Shown in pieces: positions 1 through 10,639 of a stretch of 29,852 bases of DNA; positions within the stretch are counted from its first letter, which is position 1; each line of letters starts with the position of its first letter. Below the pieces are notes generated by a model. It worked only from the letters and a program-made list of their open reading frames with translations, did no database searches and had not been told where the DNA came from. The stretch is from the NCBI GenBank assembly GCA_002269645.1, contig NIVC01004968.1, forward strand, positions 1 through 29,852, given 5' to 3'. A program made the position numbers and the translations under genes. The stretch comes from Macrostomum lignano (lineage: Eukaryota).

Positions 1-1020
1 TAACAGATCCCATCTTTTCCCATAACAGATCCTATATTTTTCCCATAACAGATCCCATCTGTTCCCATAACAGATCCCATCTTTTCCCATAACAGATCCC
101 ATCTTTTCCCATAACAGATCCTTTATCTTTTCCCATAACAGATCCTTTATCTTTTCCATAACAGATCCTTTATCTTTTCCCATAAACAGATCCTTTATCT
201 TTTCCCATAACAGATCCCATCTTTTCCATAACAGATCCCATCTTTTCCCATAACAGATCCCATCTTTTCTCCATAACAGATCCTATATTTTCCCATAACA
301 GATCCCATCTGTTCCCATAACAGATCCCATCTTTTCTCCATAACAGATCCTATATTTTTCCCATAACAGATCCCATCTGTTCCCATAACAGATCCCATCT
401 TTTCCCATAACAGATCCATCTGTTCCCATAACAGATCCATCTGTTTCCCATAACAGATCCTTTATCTTTTTCCCATAACAGATCCCATCTTTTCCCATAA
501 CAGATCCTTTATCTTTTCCCATAACAGATCCTTTATCTTTTCCCATAACAGATCCATCTTGTTTCCCATAACAGATCCCATATTTCCGATAAAAGATACA
601 TTTTCCCATAACAGATCCCATCTGTTCCCATAACAGATCCCATCTGTTCCCATAATAGATCCCATCTGTTCCCATAACAGATCCCATCTGTTCCCATAAT
701 AGATCCCATCTGTTCCCATAATAGATCCCATCTGTTCCCATAACAGATCCTATCCGTTCCCATAACAGATTCCCATCTGTTCCCATAACAGATCTCATAT
801 TTTCCCGATAAAAAGATACCATTTTCCCATAACAGATCTCATATTTCCCGATAAAAGATACCATTTTCCCATTAACAGATCTCATATTTCCCGATAAAAG
901 ATACCATTTTCCATAACAGATCCATCTGTTCCCATAACAGATCTCTATTCCCGATAAAAGATACCATTTTCCCATAACAGATCCCATATGTTCCATACAC
1001 AACAAATGCTCAATAACAGA
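1..1020. repeat. ~22-bp minisatellite (TTTTCCCATAACAGATCCCATC)n, about 45 copies, with a ~44-bp dimeric variant at ~800-990
   Basis: Unit read directly; TAACAGAT recurs at positions 1 and 23. Units of 22-24 bp with many indels. ORFs 195-1035 are repeat translations. Confidence 0.97.
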
Positions 1021-1089
1021 TCCAATTTTTCCCATTTATTCCAGTAAATCCGATACCATACTAAAACTCAAACAAATCAAGTCACTAAC

Positions 1090-1426
1090 TGGATAGTGCA
1101 GTCGGCACAGAGCTTCAACATTCAGAGCCAGCAGGTCGGAAGGCTGCCGTGCAGTCTGCACAGCTGTCTGACCGACTCGGCCAGCTGTCTGTGCACCCCG
1201 TCGGCCAGCATTCGACGCCGGAATTCGCCAGAATAGCAGCATAGTTCGCCAAACAGAGGGCAGAGGGCGCGCATGCAGAATTCCAACAGCGTAGCGGCGC
1301 GGCTAGCAAAGGCCAGGCGGGCGTGCTGGTCACAGAAAAAGGCGTCACGTGATCTGCCCAGCTAGACGAGCAATAGTAAGTGTCTAGAAGCAGGGCTGCT
1401 GCTCTCACGATTAGCACTGTCTGCTC
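1090..1426 (-). CDS. Probable exon 4 of uncharacterised helical (ARM/HEAT-like?) protein, apparently with two -1 frameshifts
   Basis: Phase-0 acceptor caccccccAG|GAG at 1426 matches the phase of exon 3; possible donor CCA|GTTAGT at 1090. Protein-like reading passes through three frames: EQTVLIVRAAALLLDTYYC / SRDAFFCDQHARLAFASRAATLLEFCMRALC...RQLAESVRQLCRL / QPSDLLALNVEALCRLHYP. Alternative phase-0 acceptor at 1361. Confidence 0.5.
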
Positions 1427-1514
1427 CTGGGGGGTGAATAGATTTTTATTAGATAAAATCATGTGACATCCCACTTTAATTGTTCATTCACGATTTATAA
1501 TTCTAAGATTTCGA

Positions 1515-2260
1515 ATGGCTGGCGCAGACACCCACCTCACTCCTCCACTTAACTATAATTAATTTCTGTTCCAAAGTTTCTTATTAGCTGGCGCAGAAAC
1601 CCACCTCACTCTTTCATCCACTAACGTCATTTCTGTCTAAAACTAATTCTTATTGGCTGGCGCAGACAACCTCCCTCACTCTTTCATCAACTAACGTTTC
1701 ATTTCTGACTAAAACAATATTCTTATTGGCTTGGCGCAGACAACCTCCCTCACTCTTTCATCAACTAACGTTTCATTTCTGACTTAAAACAAATTCTATT
1801 ATTGGCTGTGGCGCAGACAACCTCCTCACTCTTCATCAACTAACGTTTCATTTCTGTCTAAAACAAATTCTTATTGGCTGGCGCAGACACCCCCCCTCAC
1901 TCTTTCATCAACTAACGTTCATTTCTGACTTAAACTTAATTCTTATTGGCTGGCGCAGACAACCTCCCTCACTCTTTCATCAACTAACGTTTCATTCTGT
2001 TCTCTAAAACAAATTCTTATTGGCTGCGCAGACAACCTCCCCTCACTCTTTCATCAACTAACGTTCATTCTGTCTAAAACTAATTCTTATTGGCTGGCGC
2101 AGACACCCCCTCACTCTTTCATCAACTAACGTTCATTTGTCTAAAAAATTCTTATTGGCTGGCGCAGACACCCCCTCACTCATCCACCAACTACCGTTCA
2201 TTTGTCTAAAAAAATTCTTATTGGCTGGCGCAGACACCTACCTCACTCTTCCACTAACTA
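1515..2260. repeat. ~70-bp tandem repeat, 11 copies, intronic
   Basis: GCGCAGA core at about 1522, 1591, 1660, 1734, 1811, 1881, 1953, 2026, 2097, 2162 and 2228. Confidence 0.95.
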
Positions 2261-2328
2261 CTTTCTGGCGCTTTACACAATACATAACTTCATTCATGAC
2301 CTTAGTTGAAAGGGCGCAACGTGCATAC

Positions 2329-2527
2329 CTGTGAATCGACGCCGTCAGCTCCGCCAACAAAGGCAGTCTTGGCAAAGTTGATAATCTTCTCGTGTCGCCA
2401 CATACACCGACGGAGAGGCCCGGCCAGTTGCACAGAGCAGAGCAGCTCAAGCAGAAGGCCAAGATGTCGCGTCATCTTAGTCTGCTCAGCATCAATTAGC
2501 TGCTCAAGCGTCTCAGTCAGGTGCCGT
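2329..2527 (-). CDS. Exon 3 of uncharacterised helical protein
   Basis: Acceptor ttttccttcAG|A, donor CAG|GTATGC; 199 nt, open: (L)RHLTETLEQLIDAEQTKMTRHLGLLLELLCSVQLAGPLRRCMWRHEKIINFAKTAFVGGADGVDSQ. Phase 2 matches exon 2. Confidence 0.8.
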
Positions 2528-3084
2528 CTGAAGGAAAACGTGTCAACACTATTACACTATTACGCAATCACTTGGCCTCGATTCGAATTTGATAAGCTAC
2601 TAGCGACAAAGCTGGACCTGATAAATAAAACCATATACGAGCTAAGTACCAACTGCTCTTTACTAACTATGAGTATATACTATACCATGCGTGCGTGTCT
2701 GTCTAAACCCTAAGGATACGATTTGTAGTTAGATTTTAAAGAAATATGTTTTCAAGTTCAGTTCAAAGTAGTTAAATTTCAAGTTTCTAATTCTAAGCAC
2801 TCTGGTGCACTCACTTTCAGAATATTACGCAACATTTAATTTAACCTTTGAAAATAGCTTTCACATTTTTAAACAGCAGCCCGATAAATGTGAAGCTTGA
2901 CTTAGCAATAGTTTTGAAAGAAACTCTAAAACGCTTTGGAAGACTAGATAATTAGGATTATTGTTATTGGAATTATTTAGATAAGCTAATTTGTTTATTA
3001 ATATAGCTCGTAACTACGAATCGCTTGATGCATTATTTGGGTTAGGGTTAATTATACGGTCAGATAACCTTGACTGAGATAGGA

Positions 3085-3395
3085 TCTGGGATGGGATCAC
3101 AGATTTGAGTCATTTTGATAAGATGGGATCACAGATTTGAGTCATTTTGATGAAGATAGGATCACAGATTTGAGTCAGTGGTGAGATGGGATCACAGATT
3201 TGAGTCAGTGGTGAGATGGGATCACAGATTAGAGTCATTTTGAAGATGGGATCACAGTTATTAAAAGGGGATCAGATTTAAGTTTTTTAAAGATGGGATT
3301 ACAGATTTGAGTTAGGGATGAGATGGGATTACAGATTTGAGTCAGGGATGAGATGGGATCACAGATTTGAGTCATTACGGAGATGGGATCCCGAA
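3085..3395. repeat. ~30-bp tandem repeat (GATGGGATCACAGATTTGAGTCAGTGGTGA-like), about 10 copies, intronic
   Basis: Exact 30-bp period at 3181/3211; variants read directly. Confidence 0.93.
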
Positions 3396-3530
3396 TTTTT
3401 AAGCTTGGATGAAATCAAACGCTGGATCATTTTCATTCAACAAGCACAGAATTACAATTGACAAATTAAGTAATGAGTGGGACGTCAAGTCTAGTCATAG
3501 AAGTTGAGCAGATTCGAATCCCCGACTTAC

Positions 3531-3726
3531 AGCAGATCCTGATTAATCTGGATTGACATTCGCAGCTTCTGAGTCCGGCAGCTGAGCACAAGCAGAGCAG
3601 AGTAGGCTGCGCACTGCAGTCTCTGGGCGGACTCAGAATCAGTCCTCTCGCCCGGTTGAAACTCTTTCAAACAGTCAATAATGTCGCGATGTACTTTATG
3701 CTCTTCAATGTACTTTAGAGAGTCGA
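3531..3726 (-). CDS. Exon 2 of uncharacterised helical protein (not in ORF track)
   Basis: Acceptor atttcAG|TC, donor CT|GTAAGT; 196 nt, open: (L)DSLKYIEEHKVHRDIIDCLKEFQPGERTDSESAQRLQCAAYSALLVLSCRTQKLRMSIQINQDL. Phases 1 and 2 match both neighbouring exons. Confidence 0.82.
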
Positions 3727-4235
3727 CTGAAATCGGTTAGTTTGGAAATAAAAATCAATAGAGTAGCTTAATTTTAGCATTCATGCAATTTAAGTGCATT
3801 CGTTCGTACCCTAAAATTCAAGTAGCTAATGTAGGATACGAGGTTCGTTTTGGTTTGAAATATAACGAAGAAATGCTTCGTTCTATATATAGCCATTTTT
3901 GCTTACTCATAAATAATTATATCACACACGTCAGAGCTATAGGTTGCCACAGGTTGAATCGTTTACATTTATAATGTTAATAAATTAAGATAGACTAAAA
4001 TATAGGGTATACACACATTTCTTTTATGCAAGATAGCTTATAATTTAGTAAACTTATAATTAAGATAACTTTTGATTTAATTGGATCCTGGCAATCTTTT
4101 TGTGATTCGTGACCCGATCATTGATTGTCATTACTCATTGGTTTTATTATCAATGCCATAAAAATTGGTTAGTTACGAAAATTATTATTAAGAAAACAAA
4201 AGTACAAAGTAAACGTCTAAGCGGAAAGAACTCAC

Positions 4236-4443
4236 GCTGCGCGGCCAGACTCTCAATATCCTGCATCGCAGTCACCGCCTGCGTTAATAAACGCCGTCGG
4301 CGCGCTTCAATTAGCGCCTGTCTGGCGTTATTCGCCGTGCGAACATTGTCAGTGACGTAGGGCGAAGCTGGCACTGGCGCCCGAACGAGTCCGGCGCGAT
4401 CTGTCCGAGCTGTCAGCTGTGACAGGTCAAGCAAACTGGCCAT
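4236..4443 (-). CDS. First coding exon of uncharacterised helical protein
   Basis: ATG at 4443, donor CAGC|GTGAGT at 4236; 208 nt, MASLLDLSQL...QDIESLAAQ. Exons 1-3 sum to 603 nt (201 codons) with no stop. Confidence 0.8.
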
Positions 4444-5559
4444 CTCTTCTAGCTAAGACTTAGATGAAGTCGCAAGGAGGACTGTTATTTGGCCTTTGCA
4501 ACCGCCCCAAACACCCAGTCGATCGACCGAGGTGTTTTGGGGTTTTTCTGACTCGAAACACCGCGTGATGTTTTAATAGGATTTTTTAAAGAACCGATCC
4601 ACCACAATCGGATTATAAGAATTCTTTGACTGCGAGGTTATTACTTATTACTTATGTAGGTTACAACTCAGCGAGTCAGCGATACCGATCGAAAAAGCTT
4701 GTGGCGAAACGCGCGTTCGTTGAGCCGTCTCTTACTGGCTTTGGCTAGAGCCTATCTTATCTTTTTATGGGCCTCTCGACCCCTTCTCGCCACAGGGGCC
4801 CGCCGCCGGCCGGTCTTTCCGATCTTATTCCACCACGTGCGCCCATCCACCCTCCTTTCCACGCGTCGACTTACACAACCCTGAAGAGAAAACTTCCATT
4901 CCACTCCCTCCTGCCCCCGTCCGTTACTTTCACCCTTTCCCCAGAATTGTACATTGCTAGCATGTACATCCAGAGCTGGCGTGCGCCGCCCACCCCACAG
5001 ATCTAGCCCAGTAATGTACATATGCTTAGACAAGGTCGATTAGTCAATATGTACACGATTAGTAAAAGGCCCGAAGAGAAAAAATTCGCGTGACTATCGC
5101 TACTATACGCCCTACGTTAGCAAATAAAAAACTGCCCTACTTTTCTAATCTATGAGTAGCCTAATGTCATAGTAGCGTTTTACGATACACCGTATTAAGT
5201 TACGAGGTTAAAATTACTAAGATTATTATTATTACACTCGTCCGTACTGGAGAACCGCAAAGATTTCTTAACTTTAATCCCTTGACAAAAACCTAAAATT
5301 TAATACTAAATTTATGTAGCTAGCTCGAGCTAATGATGCTATTTTCAGTCTTCTAATGTCGAATGATAAAAAAAAGAAAAAATAGACTTTTCATCAAGCA
5401 ATTGAAGCGAACCCGAATATACTACAGATTAACCATAGAACAGTGTAACGCAACAATAACATATTTATGTTGTATATTGGTATATTTAAAAAATAAACCA
5501 ATATAACTGTGTCCTTATTTTTATCATGTGATCATCAGACCAAACTCGTAATAAGATTC

Positions 5560-6600
5560 GTACTTTAAACAGTACACACACAACCTTTCTAGACATGTAC
5601 TCATGCGTGTAAAAACTGAATCGCTAAAACATGTTGACACCTTGACCTTATTTGTGTATGAAAAATTGTTGCACCAAGGCCTAATTTACTATGCAAATAA
5701 AAACATGTATACTAAGCTAATAAAATACTATCATTGAAATAACAATAATCGATGTAAACTTGTTCTGACCAAACTTGTCTTGATTAAAACACCGACGCCT
5801 AATAGTTAGAAAAAAGTGTGCAAAATATAAAAACAGTCAATAATACCAACTTATTAAAAGCAACAGGCGAAACGGCACATTTTGTGACCCCTATAGTAAA
5901 CTTTTAAGAAAAAACTAGACTGCTTTAGCGGGATGTAACAAGTAAAAATCAAGAATAAAATTTACACAATTCCTAAATAAAATATTTCAATATCAACATT
6001 AGCAATAGAAGATAATTAACAGGTAAAAAATCTCCAACCATCTTCATTGCGGTAGATTTACATGTACACTTCAATTTGGTGCCAAAATTAAAGGATAAAT
6101 TCATATTTTATAATTCAAAATTAATAAACTGGACATTGGAATTTAAACAACGGGTTGAGCCAGAGATTTTGGAAAACAACTTTTTTTCCGCACCAATTTA
6201 AATCATTAATACGATAAAACAAATAAACCACTGTTTGTTAACTTGAAATCGTTGCAGAAAATTAACAACCCTCACAGTTAAACAAACAAAAATAATTTGA
6301 AAACCAAATCAAAGAAAGTTTGTCAACAAAAAGCAACACGAAAAATCTGGATTGGCACAAAGAATTTAAACGGATTTTGATTAGGTTGGAATCAATAAAA
6401 ATACACAGGAAGCAAATCAACAATCGTCACTATTGTAGTTAAACAAAACCGATAGATTTCTAAGAAATGTTTCAAAAGTTCGTTAAAACAAATACCAACA
6501 TTGATTTGATCAACAATCATTTGATTGAATTTGACAACCAGATCGAGGCGCGCACAATTCAGAAGAGAGAATTTATTGCATATTGAAAGGCACGAAGACG
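5560..6600 (+). mobile_element. Probable fossil non-LTR retrotransposon (APE endonuclease region), heavily degraded; bounds approximate
   Basis: Broken motifs in the expected order and spacing: LDLICV.EKLL (~DLICVTETWL) at ~5641, VT.YSK (~YRPP) at ~5890, TIFIAVDLHVHFN (~IAGDFNxH) at ~6040, FKQRVEP (~LxQxVxxPT) at ~6140. Many stops and frameshifts. Confidence 0.35.
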
Positions 6601-6949
6601 GATCGGTAAGGCATTAAATTAATGATTCATAATTGGTAATGATGATAAACATCGATAATATTACTGTAATATTGGCATATTGCACAGCCGACTATGATGA
6701 GTGAAATCTGTAGCTAGAAATCGCGCTAAATAAGGCAAATAGGTGTATGATAGAAAAATGTATTTTTTGTCAATAAAAGTGGAAGCTTAAGAACAGACAA
6801 TAGAAAATTATTAATATCTAACTAACTACAGACACAACCAATTGTCCAAAATTAAAGAAAATTAAAAAAGTACAAACTTCCAGGCAAATAAAAATACAAA
6901 AAAATACCTAAGCCTGATCGCCGAATAACAAGAGAATTTTCATATTTTA

Positions 6950-7215
6950 AAGATTCGAGACTCTGGGCTACGGAATGGCAGATTTCTAGATCTGGGATTA
7001 CACATTTGGGATTTGGGACTCTCTCAGATTCAGTATTTCGAAATTTGGGATTTCGGACTCCTAGACAAGGGATTCTCAAAGTTGGGATTTGAAATTTGAG
7101 ACTCCCAGCTACGGGATACCTAAATTTGGGGATTTGGTATCCGGGACTCCCTCCGAGCTGCGGAATTTTGGATTCTTGAAATTTGGGATTTGAGTCTCTC
7201 CCAGCTTTGGGATGA
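6950..7215. repeat. Degenerate low-complexity (T)TGGGA(T/C)T-rich repeat
   Basis: Repeated GGGATT/GGGACT/GAGACT words with irregular spacing. Confidence 0.6.
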
Positions 7216-7249
7216 AAAACTTTTTTGCGTCGACTTTGAGACAGATGAT

Positions 7250-7255
7250 TTTATT
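7250..7255 (-). promoter_or_regulatory. Candidate polyadenylation signal AATAAA of the GALNT gene
   Basis: Minus strand reads CTG TGA TTT AATAAA, 3 nt after the stop codon. Position only; no transcript evidence. Confidence 0.45.
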
Positions 7256-7258
7256 AAA

Positions 7259-7780
7259 TCACAGCCTTTTGCTGTCGCTAGCAGCAGCTGGCACTTGCCG
7301 TTTCCATTTCCATTGCTGCCTCTTGTTGCCAGGCTTACAACTGGCCAGAGTGAGTTTATTACCTGGCGAAGCTTCCATACAGAGGCCTCTTAAAGCGTGA
7401 TAAATGCTGCCATCGGATCGATAGCGCCACTCCTGATTGCCGCGGCCGCCGTGACAATTGTAGATGATGACATTGTCACCGCCTGGAAAGTCTACGCAGC
7501 CTTCGTCCCGCCGAATTTCGCCGTTCTTAGACAGCATCCAGAACTGATTGCCGCCCTGGCCGTGACAGGGCCAGAGCTTCACGATGGTCCTGCCGGACTC
7601 GTGATGACTCACTGGCGAGTCAATGCAGTACGGCACCGCGGCGTTCTCGATGGGACCTCGGGCCAGAGCGTGTCTGGGCAGGAACAGTTCGGGGTAGACG
7701 GTGTCCAAATACCACTGGAAACTGCGGCAGCCAAGTCGCTGGCGGAGTGCTTTGCGTTCAGACACGTCGCCGTAATTTCC
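7259..7780 (-). CDS. GALNT: Polypeptide N-acetylgalactosaminyltransferase, last exon (end of catalytic domain plus ricin-B lectin domain)
   Basis: Phase-0 acceptor tttacgccAG|GGA; [32 protein letters not shown], then ricin repeats [42 protein letters not shown]; TGA at 7261-7259. Confidence 0.95.
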   Translation of the reverse strand, partial: GNYGDVSERKALRQRLGCRSFQWYLDTVYPELFLPRHALARGPIENAAVPYCIDSPVSHHESGRTIVKLWPCHGQGGNQFWMLSKNGEIRRDEGCVDFPGGDNVIIYNCHGGRGNQEWRYRSDGSIYHALRGLCMEASPGNKLTLASCKPGNKRQQWKWKRQVPAAASDSKRL

Positions 7781-7867
7781 CTGGCGTAAATGGGATTTTG
7801 GAGATTCTTTTTAATTTAAACTAATTGCAGTTAAGACAAACAAGATAAGCCAGGGGTAGATGATAAT

Positions 7868-8218
7868 GATTGGATCTGAGTAGGGATCGATGGGATCAAA
7901 GTAGGAATCGATGGGATCAGAGTAGGGATCCATGGGATCAGAGTAGGGATCCATGGGATCAGAGTAGGGATCCATGGGATCAGAGTAGGGATCCATGGGA
8001 TCAGAGTAGGGATCAATGGGATCAGAGTAGGGATCAATGGGATCAGAGTAGGGATCAATGGGATCAGAGTAGGGATCCATGGGAACAGAGTATGGATTAA
8101 TCGGATCAGAGTATGGATTGATAGGATCAGAGTATGGATCAATCGGATCAGAGTATGGATTGATAGGATCAGAGTATGGATCAATCGGATCAGAGTATGG
8201 ATTGATAGGATCAGAGAT
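7868..8218. repeat. 21-bp minisatellite (GATCAGAGTAGGGATCCATGG)n, about 16 copies; right part alternates two variants (42-bp dimer)
   Basis: Period 21 at 7921/7942. ORFs 7811-8288 are repeat translations. Confidence 0.96.
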
Positions 8219-8678
8219 GAGGATTCAAGTAAAGATGTATTTCGCAAATATAAATCTGTTGAAAATCCTTTTGGCCTTGATAATTTGATGTTAAGCTAAA
8301 AATGATAAAATTATTAAAGCCAGACATAAACAAACGAAACAAACCGGTTTTGACTAGTTAAAGAATTCGAGAAAGCTTAGCAAATAAAATAAAAGATCAA
8401 AAAAACACATGATAATACGCCTAACTTGAATCTCAAGCCGGTTATAATAGAATTTAGCAGCCGAAACAGCGTGCATTAATAGCATTAATGGCTATGACAT
8501 GTCTCAACGTGCGCAAGTGGCGGTGTTACAACAAATAAGCTCTTTCGCGCGCATCTACTAGCTATGGAAATGTTATTATTTATCTGAGACAAATATAGAT
8601 CCAGGCATTTGCTAAAATTTGCACTGATTTTAAATCGACAACATTTAGTAAATTGAATGAAAAATTTCTATACTAAAC

Positions 8679-9655
8679 CAGCTACAGAGAGGGCGCCAGC
8701 TACAGAGAGGGCGCCAGCTACAGAGAGGAGGCGCCAGCTACAGAGGGGAGGCGCCAGCTACAGAGGGTAGGCGCCAGTTACAGAGGGGAGGCGCCAGCTA
8801 CAGAGGGGGCGCCAGCTACAGAGGGGCGCCAGCTACAGAGGCGGCGCCAGCTACAGAGGGGAGGCGCCAGCTACAGAGGGGGCGCCAGCTACAGAGGGGC
8901 GCCAGCTACAGAGGCGGCGCCAGCTACAGAGGGGAGGCGCCAGCTACAGAGAGGAGGCGCCAACTACAGAGGGGGCGCCAGCTACAGAGGGGGCGCCAGC
9001 TACAGAGGGGAGGCGCCAGCTACAGAGAGGAGGCGCCAGCTACAGAGGGGGCGCCAGCTACAGAGGGGGCGCCAGCTACAGAGGGGGTGCCAGCTACAGA
9101 GAGGCGCCAGCTACAGAGGGGGCGCCAGCTACAGAGAGGCGCTAGCTACAGAGGGGGCGCCAGCTACAGAGGGAACGCCAGTGAGGGGGCGGCAGCTACA
9201 AAGGGGGCGCCAGCTACAGAGAGGCGCCAGCTACAGGGGCGCCAGCTACAGAGAGGCGCCAGCTACAGAGGGGGCGCCAGCTACAGAGGGAACGCCAGCT
9301 TCAGAGGGGGCGGCAGCTACAGAGGCGGCGCCAGCTACAGAGGGGAGGCGCCAGCTACAGAGGGGAGGCGCCAGCTACAGAGGGGGCGGCAGCTACAGAG
9401 GCGGCGCCAGCTACAGAGGGGAGGCGCCAGCTACAGAGGGGAGGCGCCAGCTACAGAGGGAACGCCAGCTTCAGAGGGGGCGGCAGCTACAAAGGGGGCG
9501 CCAGCTACAGAGAGGCGCCAGCTACAGAGGGGGCGCCAGCTACAGAGAGGCGCCAGCTAAAGAGGGGGCGCCAGCTACAGAGGGAACGCCAGCTTCAGAG
9601 GGGGCGGCAGCTACAAAGGGGGCGCCAGCTACAGAGGGGCGCCAGCTACAGAGGG
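8679..9655. repeat. GC-rich 17-21-bp minisatellite (GGCGCCAGCTACAGAGGG(G/AG))n, intronic
   Basis: About 50 copies of CCAGCTACAGAG with variable G-run length. Confidence 0.97.
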
Positions 9656-9736
9656 CCTTGCTGAATATAAAGACAAAACTGAAGCTGAAATTTGCAGTCA
9701 AAGCATTATGCTCAGGCAATGAGATAATTTGCCTAC

Positions 9737-10369
9737 CTTTCCCCCTACTCTCTCGTAGTAGATAGTCGCGTACTCGTCCATCCACACGTCAGCCAGTCGC
9801 ACAGAATTCTTTTTCAACACGCTGCCGGTGCCCCAACTGTAGGGCGAGCGCTTCCGAAAGATGTGACCAACAATGGAGCAGGGCACAATCTCCAGGGTGC
9901 CGCCGCACATCCAAATTTTGAAGCTAATCTCTAAATTCTCTCCGCCCCAGATGTCGAATCCGGGATCGTAGCTGCCCAGATGGGCAAAGTATTTCCTGGA
10001 AATGGAGAACAGTCCGCCAGCCATGGTGGGGCTGCGAACCGGATCGATCCTACTTAGCCGGCGCTTCCTGTCGCGCTCGGGCACAACGTGCCAATTGAAT
10101 TGTAAATTCCAGTCGAATCCGCCAACACTCATCGAGTCTAAATTAGTTGCCGTGGACATTGCCAAGGTGCTATCGCTGATCACTTCGATAGTTGGCGTCA
10201 CAACGTTTGTCCAGTTGAGCGCGATCCGATGCAGCAGCGGCTCGAGCCAGCCTGTGGGGCATTCGCAATGCGAATCCAGGAATGTCAGCACAGTGCCTTC
10301 GGCTTTGCGGGCTCCCATTAACCTGGCGCGGATTAGGCCTTCGCGCTTGGCTGCCCGAAGGATTCGAAC
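9737..10369 (-). CDS. GALNT: GALNT exon, catalytic GT-A and Gal/GalNAc-T region
   Basis: Acceptor atcactcAG|GTT, donor AAG|GTAGGC; 633 nt, phase 0/0. Motifs REGLIRARL, FLDSHCEC (DxH), SPTMAGGLF, WGGENLEISFKIWMCGG, GHIFRKRSPY. Confidence 0.96.
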
Positions 10370-10454
10370 CTGAGTGATGCAAATTAGGCTACTTTTAGTA
10401 GTGTGAGAAGAATTATATTCAACTTTACATTGTATAACTTTACAACTACTTAAC

Positions 10455-10620
10455 TTGAAGGTCAGGGGTTCGATTCTTGATCCCACTAGAACAATTTGTG
10501 TCCTTGAGCAACACACTGAACTCTGCATTGCTTCAGTTCACCCAGCTGTAAAATGGATGCCAGCATTAGCTGAGGTAATTAAAGGTGTGCGTGGCGACCC
10601 CCCACAGTCCTTGGACTGAA
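10455..10620 (+). mobile_element. tRNA-derived SINE fragment with CORE-like central domain, 5' truncated
   Basis: B-box-like GGTTCGATTC at 10467-10476. It is followed by TGTGTCCTTGAGCAACACACT...CTTCAGTTCACCCAGCTGTAAAATGG (10497-10556), resembling the CORE-SINE consensus TGTGTGACCTTGGGCAAGTCACT...CTCAGTTTCCTCATCTGTAAAATGG. No A box seen. Confidence 0.55.
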
Positions 10621-10639
10621 CAGCCGCACGCAGCCTTCA

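Noticed and set aside
195-1035. Repetitive ORFs (MGSVMG/DLLWE)
   Set aside because: Translations of the 22-bp minisatellite.
3511-3525. B-box-like GATTCGAATCCCC suggesting a tRNA or SINE
   Set aside because: No A box or cloverleaf; sits next to a splice donor in the intron.
7811-9785. ORFs MDPYSDP..., GGASYR..., EGAPAT...
   Set aside because: Translations of the 21-bp and 17-21-bp arrays inside a GALNT intron; open in several frames because the units lack stops.
7397-10382. ORFs 7397-7789, 10002-10373 (plus strand) and 10170-10382
   Set aside because: Antisense or off-frame shadows of GC-rich GALNT exons.
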